A stretch of DNA of 64,000 nucleotides from Eledone cirrhosa (lineage: Eukaryota): contig OZ024741.1 in assembly GCA_964016885.1 (NCBI GenBank), forward strand, positions 1,426,001-1,490,000. The letters are read 5' to 3'. Shown here piece by piece: positions 46,101 through 59,500 of this stretch (position 1 is its first letter; each line of letters starts with the position of its first letter). The notes beneath the pieces were generated by a model. That model was not told the DNA's origin and searched no databases. It saw only the letters and a list, made by a program, of their open reading frames with translations. The position numbers and the translations under genes were made by a program.

Positions 46101-49100
46101 AGGTGGTCAGCAAACTCCAGGTTGTTTGAAGCATGTTTCAAGCAGAAAGATGTGGTCAGCAACTCCAGTTGTTTGAAGCATGGTTCAGGTAGAAAGATGT
46201 GGTCAGCGAACTCCAGTTTGTTTAAAGCATGGCTCAAATAGAAGGATGTGGTCAGGGAACTCCAGATTTGAAATAAGGTTCAGGAAGAAAGACGTGGTCA
46301 GCGACTCCAGGTTGTTTGAAACATGTTTCGGGTTGAAAGATGTGGTCAGCGAACTCCAGTTTGTTTGAAGCATGGTTCAAGTAGAAAGATATCGTCAGCG
46401 AACTCCAGGTTGTTTGAAGGATGGTTCACATAGAAAGATGTGGTCAGCGATTCCAGATTGTTTGAAGCATGGTGCAAGTAGAAAGATGTCGTTAGTGAAC
46501 TCCAGGTTGTTTGAAGCATGTTTCAGGTAGAAAGATGTGGTCTGCGAACTCCAGGTTGCTTGAAGCATGGTGCAAGTAGAAAGAGGTGGTCAGCAAACTC
46601 ATGTTGTTTGAAGCATGGTTCAAGCAGAAAGATGTGGTCAGCGAACTCCAGGTTGTTTGAAGCATGGTTCAGGTAGAAAGATGTTGTCAGGGAACTCCAG
46701 GTTGTTTGAAATAAGGTTCAGGAAGAAAGATGTGGTCAGCGACTCCAGGTTGTTTGAAACATGTTTCAGGTAGAAAGGTATGGTCAGCGAACTCCAGTTT
46801 GTTTGAAGCATGGTTCAAGCAGAAAGATGTGGTCAGCGAACTCCAGGTTGTTTGAAGCATGGTTCTGGTAGAAAGATATGGTCAGTGATCTCCAGGTTGT
46901 TTGAAATAATGTTCAAGAAGAAGATGTGCTCAGCGACTCCAGGTTGATAGAAGCATGGTTCAGGTAGAAAGATGTGGTCAGCGAACTCCAGGTTGTTTGA
47001 TGCATGGTTCTGGTAGAAAGATATGGTCAGGGAACTCCAGGTTGTTTGAAATAAGGTTCAGGAAGAAGATGTGGTCAGCGACTCCAGATTGTTAGAAGCA
47101 TGGTTCAGGTAGAAAGATGTGGTCAACGAACTACAGGTTGTTTGAAGAATGGTTCAAATAGAAAGAGGTGGTCAGCAAACTCCAGGTTGTTTGAAGCATG
47201 GTTCAAGCAGAAAGATGTGGTCAGCGAACTCCAGGTTGTTTGAAGCATGGTTAAGGTAGAAAGATGTGGTCAGCTGTCTCCAGGTTGTTTGAAGAATGGT
47301 TCAAGTAGAAAGATGTTGTCAGGGAACTCCAGGTTGTTTGAAATAAGATTCAAGATTCAAGATGTGGTCAGAGTCTCCAGTTGTTTGAAGTATGGTTCAG
47401 GTAGAAAGATGTGGTCAGCGAATTCCAGTTTGTTTGAAGCATGGCTCAGGTAGAAGGATGAGGTCAGGGAACTCCAGATTTGAAATAAGGTTCAGGAAGA
47501 AAGATGTGGTCAGAGTGTCCAGGTTGTTTGAAACATAGTTCGGGTAGAAAGATGTGGTCAGCGACTCCAGGTTGTTTAAAACATGTTTCAGGTAGAAAGG
47601 TATGGTCAGCGAACTCCGGTTGGTTTGAAGCATGGTTCAAGTAGAAAGATGTGTTCAGAAAACTCCAGGTTGTTTGAAGCATGGTTCAAGCAGAAAGATG
47701 TGGTCAGCGAACTCCAGGTTGTTTGAAGCATGGTTTTGGTAGAAAGATATGGTCAGGGAACTCCAGGTTGTTTGAAATAAGGTTCAAGAAGAAGATGTGG
47801 TCAGCGACTCCAGGTTGTTAGAAGCATGGTTCAGGTAGAAAGATGTGGTCAACGAACTCCAGGTTTTTTGAAGCATGTTTCAGGTAGAAAGATGTGGTCA
47901 GCGAACTACAGGTTGTTTGAAGAATGGTTCAAGTAGAAAGAGGTGGTCAGCAAACTCCAGGTTGTTTGAAGCATGTTTCAAGCAGAAAGATGTGGTCAGC
48001 GACTCCAGTTGTTTGAAGCATGGTTCAGGTAGAAAGATGTGGTCAGCGAACTCCAGTTTGTTTGAAGCATGGCTCAGGTAGAAGGATGTGGTCAGGGAAC
48101 TCCAGATTTGAAATAAGGTTCAGGAAGAAAGATGTGGTCAGCGACTCCAGGTTGTTTGAAACATAGTTCGGGTAGAAAGATGTGGTTAGCGAACTCCAGG
48201 TATTTTGAAGCATGGTTCAAGTAGAAATATATGGTCAGCGAACTCCATGTTGTTTGAAGCATGTTTCACATAGAAAGATGTGGTCAGCGACTCCAGTTTG
48301 TTTGAAGTATGGTCTAGGTAGGAATACTTGCTCGGCGAACTCCAGGTTGTTTGAAGCATTATTCAGGTAGAAAGATGTCGTCAGCGAACTCCATGTTGTT
48401 TGAAGCATGTTTCAGGAGGAAAGATGTGGTCAGTGACTCCAGGTTGTTTGAAGCATGTTTCAGGTAGAAAGATGTGGTCTGCGAACTCCAGGTTGTTTGA
48501 AGCATCGTGCAAGTAGAAAGATTTGGTCAGGGAACTCCAGGTTGTTTGAAGAATGGTTCAAGTAGAAAGATGTTGTCAGGGAACTCCAGGTTGTTTGAAA
48601 TAAGATTCAAGATGAAAGATGTGGTCAGAGTCTCCAGTTGTTTGAAGTATGGTTCAGGTAGAAAGATGTGGTCAGCGAATTCCAGTTTGTTTGAAGCATG
48701 TCTCAGGTAGAAGGATGTGGTCAGGGAACTCCAGATTTGAAATAAGGTTCAGGAAGAAAGATGTGGTCAGAGTGTCCAGGTTGTTTGAAACATAGTTCGG
48801 GTAGAAAGATGTGGTCAGCGACTCCAGGTTGTTTGAAACATGTTTCAGGTAGAAAGGTATGGTCAGCGAACTCCAGTTGGTTTGAAGCATAGTTCAAGTA
48901 GAAAGATGTGTTCAGAAAACTCCAGGTCGTTTGAAGCATGGTTCAAGCAGAAAGATGTGGTCAGCGAACTCCAGGTTGTTTGAAGCATGGTTTTGGTAGA
49001 AAGATATGGTCAGGGAACTCCAGGTTGTTTGAAATAAGGTTCAAGAAGAAGATGTGGTCAGCGACTCCAGGTTGTTAGAAGCATGGTTCAGGTAGAAAGA

Positions 49101-50500
49101 TGTGGTCAACGAACTCCAGGTTTTTTGAAGCATGTTTCAGGTAGAAAGATGTGGTCAGCGAACTACAGGTTGTTTGAAGAATGGTTCAAGTAGAAAGAGG
49201 TGGTCAGCAAACTCCAGGTTGTTTAAAGCATGTTTCAAGCAGAAAGATGTGGTCAGCGACTCCAGTTGTTTGAAGCATGGTTCAGGTAGAAAGATGTGGT
49301 CAGCGAACTCCAGTTTGTTTGAAGCATGGCCCAGGTAGAAGGATGTGGTCAGGGAACTCCAGATTTGAAATAAGGTTCAGGAAGAAAGATGTGGTCAGCG
49401 ACTCCAGGTTGTTTGAAACATAGTTCGGGTAGAAAGATGTGGTTAGCGAACTCCAGGTATTTTGAAGCATGGTTCAAGTAGAAAGATATGGTCAGCGAAC
49501 TCCATGTTGTTTGAAGCATGGTTCACATAGAAAGATGTGGTCAGCGACTCCAGTTTGTTTGAAGCATGGTCTAGGTAGGAATATTTGCTCGGCGAACTCC
49601 AGGTTGTTTGAAGCATTATTCAGGTAGAAAGATGTCGTCAGCGAACTCCATGTTGTTTGAAGCATGTTTCAGGAGGAAAGATGTGGTCAGTGACTCCTGG
49701 TTGTTTGAAGCATGTTTCAGGTAGAAAGATGTGGTCTGCGAACTCCAGGTTGTTTGAAGAATGGTTCAAGTAGGAAGATGTGGTCAGAAAACTCAAGGTT
49801 GTTTGAAGCATGGTTCAAGCAGAAAGATGTGGTCAGCGAACTCCAGATGGTTTAAAGCATGGTTCAGGTAGAAAGTTGTGGTCAGCGACTCCAGGTTGTT
49901 TGAAGCATGGTTCAAGTAGAAAGATGTGGTCAGTGAACTCCAGGTTGTTTGAAACATGCTTAAGGTAGAAATATGTGGTCAGCGAGTCCAGGTTGTTTGA
50001 AGAATATTTCAGGTAGAAGGATGTTGTCAAGGAACTCCAGGTTGTTTGAAATAAGATTCAAGATGAAAGATGTGGTCAGCGACTCCATGTTGTTTGAAGC
50101 ATGGTTCAGGAAGAAAGCTGTGGTCAGCGACTCCAGGTGGTTTGAAGCATGTTTCAGGTAGAAAGAGGTGGTCAGCAAACTCCAGGTTTTTTGAAGCATG
50201 TTTCAAGCAGAAAGATGTGGTCAGCGAGTCCAGGTTGTTTGAAGCATGGTTCAGGTAGAAGGATGTTGTCAGGGAACTCCAGGTTGTTTGAAATAAGATT
50301 CAAGATAAAAGATGTGGTCAGCGACTCCAGTTGTTTGAAGCATGGTTCAGGCAGAAAGATGTGGTCAGCGAACTCCAGTTTGTTTGAAGCATGGCTCAGG
50401 TAGAAAGATGTGGTCAGGGAACTCCAGATTTGAAATAAGTGTCAGGAAGAAAGATGTGGTCAGCGACTCCAGGTTGTTTGAAACATAGTTCGGGTAGAAA
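43085..50500. repeat. Satellite B junction-proximal domain with 1358-bp, about 3.1-kb and 1257-bp duplications
   Basis: ATATCGTCAG at 43241/44599/46389; AGCTGTCTCC at 44173/45531/47272; GGTCTAGGTAGGA at 48311/49568; ORF-track twins 47415/48672 and 47875/49132 (1257). The 4-bp-deleted monomer ACTCCAGATTTGAAATAAG occurs from 43111 to 50421 and was not seen beyond. Confidence 0.85.
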
Positions 50501-53500
50501 GATGTGGTCAGCGAACTCCAGGTATTTTGAAGCATGGTGCAAGTAGAAAGATATGGTCAGTGAACTCCAGGTTTTTTGAAGCATGGTTAAGGTAGAAAGA
50601 TGTGGTCAGCGATCTCTATGTTGATTGAAGCATTGTTCAGGAAGAAAGATGTGATCAGTGACTCCAGGTTGTTTGAAGCATGTTTCAGGTAGAAAGATGT
50701 GGTCTTCGAACTCCAGGTTGTTTGAAGAATGGTTCAAGTAGGCAGATGTGGTCAGCAAACTCAAGGTGGTTTGAAGCATGGTTCAAGCAGAAGGATGTGG
50801 TCAGAAAACTCCAGGTTGTTTAAAGGATGGTTCAGGTAGAAAGTTGTGGTCAGCGACACCAGGTTGTTTGAAGCCTGGATCAAGTAGAAAGATGTGGTCA
50901 GTGAACTCCAGGTTTTTTGAAGCATGGTTAAGGTAGAAAGATGTGGTCAGCGATCTCCAGGTTGTTTGAAGAATGGTTCAAGTAGAAAGATATGGTCAGC
51001 GAACTCCAGGTTGTTTGAAGCATGGTTCAGTGTTGAAAGATGTGGTCAGCGAACTCCAGTTTGTTTGAAGCATGGTTCAAGTAGAAAGATATGGTCAGCG
51101 AATTCTAGGTTGTTTGAAGCATGGTTCAGGTATAAAGATGTTGTCAGGGAACTCCAGGTTGTTTGAAATAAGATTCAAGATCAAAGATGTGGTCAGGGAC
51201 TCCAGGTTGTTTGAAGCATGGTTCAGATAGAAATATGTGGTCAGCGAACTCCAATTTATTTGAAGCATGGTTCAGTTGAAAGATGTGGTCAGGGAACTCC
51301 AGGTTGTTTGAAATAAGGTTCAGGAAGAAAGATGTAGTCTGCGACTCCAGGTAGTTTGAAGCATGGTTCAGTGTTGAAAGATGTGGTCAGCGATCTCCAG
51401 TTTGTTTGAAGCCTGGTTAAAGTAGAAAGATGTGATCAGCGAACTCCAGGTTGTTTGAAGAATGGTTCAAGTAGGAAGATGTGGTCAGCGAACTCCAGGT
51501 TGTTTGAAGCATGGTTCAAGCAGAAAGATGTGATCAGCGAACTCCAGGTTGTTTAAAGCATGGTTCAGTGTTGAAAGATGTGGTCAGCGAACTCCAGTTT
51601 GTTTGAAGCATGGTTCAAGTAGAAAGATATGGTCAGCGAATTCTAGGTTGTTTGAAGCATGGTTCAGGTATAAAGATGTTGTCAGGGAACTCCAGGTTGT
51701 TTGAAATAAGATTCAAGATCAAAGATGTGTTCAGGGACACCAGGTTGTTTGAAGCATGGTTCAAGTAGAAAGATATGGTCAGCGAACTCCTGGCTGTTTG
51801 AAGCATGGTTCAGGTAGAAAGATGTTGTCAGGGAACTCCAGGTTGTTTGAAATAAGGTTCAGGAAGAAAGATGTAGTTAGCGACTCCAGGTTGTTTGCAA
51901 CATGGTTCAGGTTGAAAGATGTGGTCAGCGATCTCCAGTTTGTTTGAAGCCTGGTTAAAGTAGAAAGATGTGATCAGCGAACTCCAGGTTGTTTGAAGAA
52001 TGGTTCAAGTAGGAAGATGTGGTCAGCGAACTCCAGGTTGTTTGAAGCATGGTTCAAGCAGAAAGATGTGATCAGCGAACTCCAGGTTGTTTAAAGCATG
52101 GTTTAATTAGAAAGTTGTGGTCAGCGACTCCAGGTTGGTTGAAGCATGGTTCAAGTATAAAGATGTGGTCAGTGAAATCCTGGTTGTTTGAAGCATGGTT
52201 AAGGTAGAAAGATGTGGTCAGCGATCTCCAGGTTGTTTGAAGAATGGTTCAAGTAGAAAGATATTGTCAGCGAACTCCAGGTTGTTTGAAGCATGTTTCA
52301 GATAGAAAGATGTGGTGAGGGAACTCCAGGTTGTTTTAAATAAGGTTCAGGAAGAAAGATGTGGTCAGCGACTCCAGGTTGTTTGAATCATGTTTCAGGT
52401 AGAAACATGTGGTCAGCGATCTGCAGGTTGTTTGAAGCATGGTTCAGTGTTGAAAGATGTGGTCAGCGAACTCCAGTTTGTTTGAAGCATGGCTCAAGTA
52501 GAAAGATGTGGTCAGCGATCTCCAGTTTGTTTGAAGCCTGGTTAAAGTAGAAAGATGTGATCAGCGAACTCCACGTTGTTTGAAGAATGGTTCAAGTAGA
52601 AAGATATGGTCAGCGAACTCCATGTTGATTGAAGCATTGTTCAGGAAGAAAGACGTGATCAGTGACTCCAGGTTGTTTGAAGCATGTTTCAGGTAGAAAG
52701 ATGTGGTCTTCGAACTCCAGGTTGTTTGAAGAATGGTTCAAGTAGGCAGATGTGGTCAGCAAACTCAAGGTGGTTTGAAGCATGGTTCAAGCAGAAGGAT
52801 GTGGTCAGAAAACTCCAGGTTGTTTAAAGGATGGTTCAGGTAGAAAGTTGTGGTCAGCGACACCAGGTTGTTTGAAGCCTGGTTCAAGTAGAAAGATGTG
52901 GTCAGTGAACTCCAGGTTTTTTGAAGCATGGTTAAGGTAGAAAGATGTGGTCAGCGATCTCCAGGTTGTTTGAAGAATGGTCGAAGTAAAAAGATATGGT
53001 CAGCGAACTCCAGGTTGTTTGAAGCATGGTTCAGTGTTGAAAGATGTGGTCAGCGAACTCCAGTTTGTTTGAAGCATGGTTCAAGTAGAAAGATATGGTC
53101 AGCGAATTCTAGGTTGTTTGAAGCATGGTTCAGGTATAAAGATGTTGTCAGGGAACTCCAGGTTGTTTGAAATAAGATTCAAGATCAAAGATGTGGTCAG
53201 GGACTCCAGGTTGTTTGAAGCATGGTTCAGATAGAAATATGTGGTCAGCGAACTCCAATTAGTTTGAAGCATGGTTCAGTTGAAAGATGTGGTCAGGGAA
53301 CTCCAGGTTGTTTGAAATAAGGTTCAGGAAGAAAGATGTAGTCTACGACTGCAGGTAGTTTGAAGCATGGTTCAGTGTTGAAAGATGTGGTCAGCGATCT
53401 CCAGTTTGTTTGAAGCCTGGTTAAAGTAGAAAGATGTGATCAGCGATCTCCAGGTTGTTTGAAGAATGGTTCAAGTAGAAAGATATGGTCAGCGAACTCC

Positions 53501-56500
53501 AGGTTGTTTGAAGCATGGTTCAGTGTTGAAAGATGTGGTCAGCGAACTCCAGTTTGTTTGAAGCATGGTTCAAGTAGAAAGATATGGTCAGCGAACTCCA
53601 GGCTGTTAGAAGCATGGTTCAGGTAGAAAGATGTTGTCAGGGAACTCCAGGTTGTTTGAAATAAGGTTCAGGAAGAAAGATGTAGTTAGCGACTCCAGGT
53701 TGTTTGCAACATGGTTCAGGTTGAAAGATGTGGTCAGCGATCTCCAGTTTGTTTGAAGCCTGGTTAAAGTAGAAAGATGTGATCAGCGAACTCCAGGTTG
53801 TTTGAAGAATGGTTCAAGTAGGAAGATGTGGTCAGCGAACTCCAGGTTGTTTGAAGCATGGTTCAAGCAGAAAGATGTGATCAGCGAACTCCAGGTTGTT
53901 TAAAGCATGGTTTAATTAGAAAGTTGTAGTCAGCGACTCCAGGTTGTTTGAAGCATGGTTCAAGTATAAAGATGTGGTCAGTGAAATCCTGGTTGTTTGA
54001 AGCATGGTTAAGGTAGAAAGATGTGGTCAGCGATCTCCAGGTTGTTTGAAGAATGGTTCAAGTAGAAAGATATTGTCAGCGAACTCCAGGTTGTTTGAAG
54101 CATGTTTCAGATAGAAAGATGTGGTGAGGGAACTCCAGGTTGTTTTAAATAAGGTTCAGGAAGAAAGATGTGGTCAGCGACTCCAGGTTGTTTGAATCAT
54201 GTTTCAGGTAGAAACATGTGGTCAGCGATCTGCAGGTTGTTTGAAGCATGGTTCAGTGTTGAAAGATGTGGTCAGCGAACTCCAGTTTGTTTGAAGCATG
54301 GCTCAAGTAGAAAGATGTGGTCAGCGATCTCCAGTTTGTTTGAAGCCTGGTTAAAGTAGAAAGATGTGATCAGCGAACTCCACGTTGTTTGAAGAATGGT
54401 TCAAGTAGAAAGATATGGTCAGCGAACTCCAGGTTATTTGAAGCATGTTTCAGGTAGAAAGATGTGGTCAGCGAACTCCAGGTTGTTTGAAGAATGGTTC
54501 AAGTAGAAAGAGGTTGACAGCAAACCTCAGGTTGTTTGAAGCATGGTTCAAGTAGGAAGATGTGGTCAGCGAACTCCAGGTTGTTTGAAGCATGGTTCAA
54601 GCAGAAAGATGTGATCAGCGAACTCCAGGTTGTTTAAAGCATGGTTCAGTGTTGAAAGATGTGGTCAGCGAACTCCAGTTTGTTTGAAGCATGGTTCAAG
54701 TAGAAAGATATGGTCAGCGAATTCTAGGTTGTTTGAAGCATGGTTCAGGTATAAAGATGTTGTCAGGGAACTCCAGGTTGTTTGAAATAAGATTCAAGAT
54801 CAAAGATGTGTTCAGGGACTCCAGGTTGTTTGAAGCATGGTTCAAGTAGAAAGATATGGTCAGCGAACTCCAGGCTGTTTGAAGCATGGTTCAGGTAGAA
54901 AGATGTTGTCAGGGAACTCCAGGTTGTTTGAAATAAGGTTCAGGAAGAAAGATGTAGTTAGCGACTCCAGGTTGTTTGCAACATGGTTCAGGTTGAAAGA
55001 TGTGGTCAGCGATCTCCAGTTTGTTTGAAGCCTGGTTAAAGTAGAAAGATGTGATCAGCGAACTCCAGGTTGTTTGAAGAATGGTTCAAGTAGGAAGATG
55101 TGGTCAGCGAACTCCAGGTTGTTTGAAGCATGGTTCAAGCAGAAAGATGTGATCAGCGAACTCCAGGTTGTTTAAAGCATGGTTTAATTAGAAAGTTGTG
55201 GTCAGCGACTCCATGTTGGTTGAAGCATGGTTCAAGTATAAAGATGTGGTCAGTGAAATCCTGGTTGTTTGAAGCATGGTTAAGGTAGAAAGATGTGGTC
55301 AGCGATCTCCAGGTTGTTTGAAGAATGGTTCAAGTAGAAAGATATTGTCAGCGAACTCCAGGTTGTTTGAAGCATGTTTCAGATAGAAAGATGTGGTGAG
55401 GGAACTCCAGGTTGTTTTAAATAAGGTTCAGGAAGAAAGATGTGGTCAGCGACTCCAGGTTGTTTGAATCATGTTTCAGGTAGAAACATGTGGTCAGCGA
55501 TCTGCAGGTTGTTTGAAGCATGGTTCAGTGTTGAAAGATGTGGTCAGCGAACTCCAGTTTGTTTGAAGCATGGCTCAAGTAGAAAGATGTGGTCAGCGAT
55601 CTCCAGTTTGTTTGAAGCCTGGTTAAAGTAGAAAGATGTGATCAGCGAACTCCACGTTGTTTGAAGAATGGTTCAAGTAGAAAGATATGGTCAGCAAACT
55701 CAAGGTGGTTTGAAGCATGGTTCAAGCAGAAGGATGTGGTCAGAAAACTCCAGGTTGTTTAAAGGATGGTTCAGGTAGAAAGTTGTGGTCAGCGACACCA
55801 GGTTGTTTGAAGCCTAGTTCAAGTAGAAAGATGTGGTCAGTGAACTCCAGGTTTTTTGAAGCATGGTTAAGGTAGAAAGATGTGGTCAGCGATCTCCAGG
55901 TTGTTTGAAGTATGGTCGAAGTAAAAAGATATGGTCAGCGAACTCCAGGTTGTTTGAAGCATGGTTCAGTGTTGAAAGATGTGGTCAGCGAACTCCAGTT
56001 TGTTTGAAGCATGGTTCAAGTAGAAAGATATGGTCAGCGAATTCTAGGTTGTTTGAAGCATGGTTCAGGTATAAAGATGTTGTCAGGTAACTCCAGGTTG
56101 TTTGAAATAAGATTCAAGATCAAAGATGTGGTCAGGGACTCCAGGTTGTTTGAAGCATGGTTCAGATAGAAATATGTGGTCAGCGAACTCCAATTTGTTT
56201 GAAGCATGGTTCAGTTGAAAGATGTGGTCAGGGAACTCCAGGTTGTTTGAAATAAGGTTCAGGAAGAAAGATGTAGTCTGCGACTCCAGGTAGTTTGAAG
56301 CATGGTTCAGTGTTGAAAGATGTGGTCAGCGATCTCCAGTTTGTTTGAAGCCTGGTTAAAGTAGAAAGATGTGATCAGCGATCTCCAGGTTGTTTGAAGA
56401 ATGGTTCAAGTAGAAAGATATGGTCAGCGAACTCCAGGTTGTTTGAAGCATGGTTCAGTGTTGAAAGATATGGTCAGCGAACTCCAGGCTGTTAGAAGCA

Positions 56501-59500
56501 TGGTTCAGGTAGAAAGATGTTGTCAGGGAACTCCAGGTTGTTTGAAATAAGGTTCAGGAAGAAAGATGTAGTTAGCGACTCCAGGTTGTTTGCAACATGG
56601 TTCAGGTTGAAAGATGTGGTCAGCGATCTCCAGTTTGTTTGAAGCCTGGTTAAAGTAGAAAGATGTGATCAGCGAACTCCAGGTTGTTTGAAGAATGGTT
56701 CAAGTAGGAAGATGTGGTCAGCGAACTCCAGGTTGTTTGAAGCATGGTTCAAGCAGAAAGATGTGATCAGCGAACTCCAGGTTGTTTAAAGCATGGTTTA
56801 ATTAGAAAGTTGTAGTCAGCGACTCCAGGTTGTTTGAAGCATGGTTCAAGTATAAAGATGTGGTCAGTGAAATCCTGGTTGTTTGAAGCATGGTTAAGGT
56901 AGAAAGATGTGGTCAGCGATCTCCAGGTTGTTTGAAGAATGGTTCAAGTAGAAAGATATTGTCAGCGAACTCCAGGTTGTTTGAAGCATGTTTCAGATAG
57001 AAAGATGTGGTGAGGGAACTCCAGGTTGTTTTAAATAAGGTTCAGGAAGAAAGATGTGGTCAGCGACTCCAGGTTGTTTGAATCATGTTTCAGGTAGAAA
57101 CATGTGGTCAGCGATCTGCAGGTTGTTTGAAGCATGGTTCAGTGTTGAAAGATGTGGTCAGCGAACTCCAGTTTGTTTGAAGCATGGCTCAAGTAGAAAG
57201 ATGTGGTCAGCGATCTCCAGTTTGTTTGAAGCCTGGTTAAAGTAGAAAGATGTGATCAGCGAACTCCACGTTGTTTGAAGAATGGTTCAAGTAGGAAGAT
57301 ATGGTCAGCGAACTCCAGGTTATTTGAAGCATGTTTCAGGTAGAAAGATGTGGTCAGCGAACTCCAGGTTGTTTGAAGAATGGTTCAAGTAGAAAGAGGT
57401 TGACAGCAAACCTCAGGTTGTTTGAAGCATGGTTCAAGCAGAAAGATGTGGTCAGCGAACTCCTGGTTGTTTAAAGCATGGTTTAATTAGAAAGTTGTGG
57501 TCAGCGACTCCAGGTTGTTTGAAGCATGGTTCAAGTATAAAGATGTGGTTAGTGAAATCCTGGTTGATTGAAGCATGGTTAAGCTAGAAAGATGTGGTCA
57601 GCGATCTCCAGGTTGTTTGAAGAATGGTTCAAGTAGAAAGATATTGTCAGCGAACTCCAGGTTGTTTGAAGCATGTTTCAGATAGAAAGATGTGGTGAGG
57701 GAACTCCAGGTTGTTTTAAATAAGGTTCAGGAAGAAAGATGTGGTCAGCGACTCCAGGTTGTTTGAATCATGTTTCAGGTAGAAACATGTGGTCAGCGAT
57801 CTGCAGGTTGTTTGAAGCATGGTTCAGTGTTGAAAGATGTGGTCAGCGAACTCCAGTTTGTTTGAAGCATGGCTCAAGTAGAAAGATGTGGTCAGCGATC
57901 TCCAGTTTGTTTGAAGCCTGGTTAAAGTAGAAAGATGTGATCAGCGAACTCCACGTTGTTTGAAGAATGGTTCAAGTAGGAAGATATGGTCAGCGAACTC
58001 CAGGTTATTTGAAGCATGTTTCAGGTAGAAAGATGTGGTCAGCGAACTCCAGGTTGTTTGAAGAATGGTTCAAGTAGAAAGAGGTTGACAGCAAACCTCA
58101 GGTTGTTTGAAGCATGGTTCAAGTAGGAAGATGTGGTCAGCGAACTCCAGGTTGTTTGAAGCATGGTTCAAGCAGAAAGATGTGATCAGCGAACTCCAGG
58201 TTGTTTAAAGCATGGTTCAGTGTTGAAAGATGTGGTCAGCGAACTCCAGTTTGTTTGAAGCATGGTTCAAGTAGAAAGATATGGTCAGCGAATTCTAGGT
58301 TGTTTGAAGCATGGTTCAGGTATAAAGATGTTGTCAGGGAACTCCAGGTTGTTTGAAATAAGATTCAAGATCAAAGATGTGTTCAGGGACTCCAGGTTGT
58401 TTGAAGCATGGTTCAAGTAGAAAGATATGGTCAGCGAACTCCAGGCTGTTTGAAGCATGGTTCAGGTAGAAAGATGTTGTCAGGGAACTCCAGGTTGTTT
58501 GAAATAAGGTTCAGGAAGAAAGATGTAGTTAGCGACTCCAGGTTGTTTGCAACATGGTTCAGGTTGAAAGATGTGGTCAGCGATCTCCAGTTTGTTTGAA
58601 GCCTGGTTAAAGTAGAAAGATGTGATCAGCGAACTCCAGGTTGTTTGAAGAATGGTTCAAGTAGGAAGATGTGGTCAGCGAACTCCAGGTTGTTTGAAGC
58701 ATGGTTCAAGCAGAAAGATGTGATCAGCGAACTCCAGGTTGTTTAAAGCATGGTTTAATTAGAAAGTTGTGGTCAGCGACTCCATGTTGGTTGAAGCATG
58801 GTTCAAGTATAAAGATGTGGTCAGTGAAATCCTGGTTGTTTGAAGCATGGTTAAGGTAGAAAGATGTGGTCAGCGATCTCCAGGTTGTTTGAAGAATGGT
58901 TCAAGTAGAAAGATATTGTCAGCGAACTCCAGGTTGTTTGAAGCATGTTTCAGATAGAAAGATGTGGTGAGGGAACTCCAGGTTGTTTTAAATAAGGTTC
59001 AGGAAGAAAGATGTGGTCAGCGACTCCAGGTTGTTTGAATCATGTTTCAGGTAGAAACATGTGGTCAGCGATCTGCAGGTTGTTTGAAGCATGGTTCAGT
59101 GTTGAAAGATGTGGTCAGCGAACTCCAGTTTGTTTGAAGCATGGCTCAAGTAGAAAGATGTGGTCAGCGATCTCCAGTTTGTTTGAAGCCTGGTTAAAGT
59201 AGAAAGATGTGATCAGCGAACTCCACGTTGTTTGAAGAATGGTTCAAGTAGAAAGATATGGTCAGCGAACTCCATGTTGATTGAAGCATTGTTCAGGAAG
59301 AAAGATGTGATCAGTGACTCCAGGTTGTTTGAAGCATGTTTCAGGCAGAAAGATGTGGTCTTCGAACTCCAGGTTGTTTGAAGAATGGTTCAAGTAGGCA
59401 GATGTGGTCAGCAAACTCAAGGTGGTTTGAAGCATGGTTCAAGCAGAAGGATGTGGTCAGAAAACTCCAGGTTGTTTAAAGGATGGTTCAGGTAGAAAGT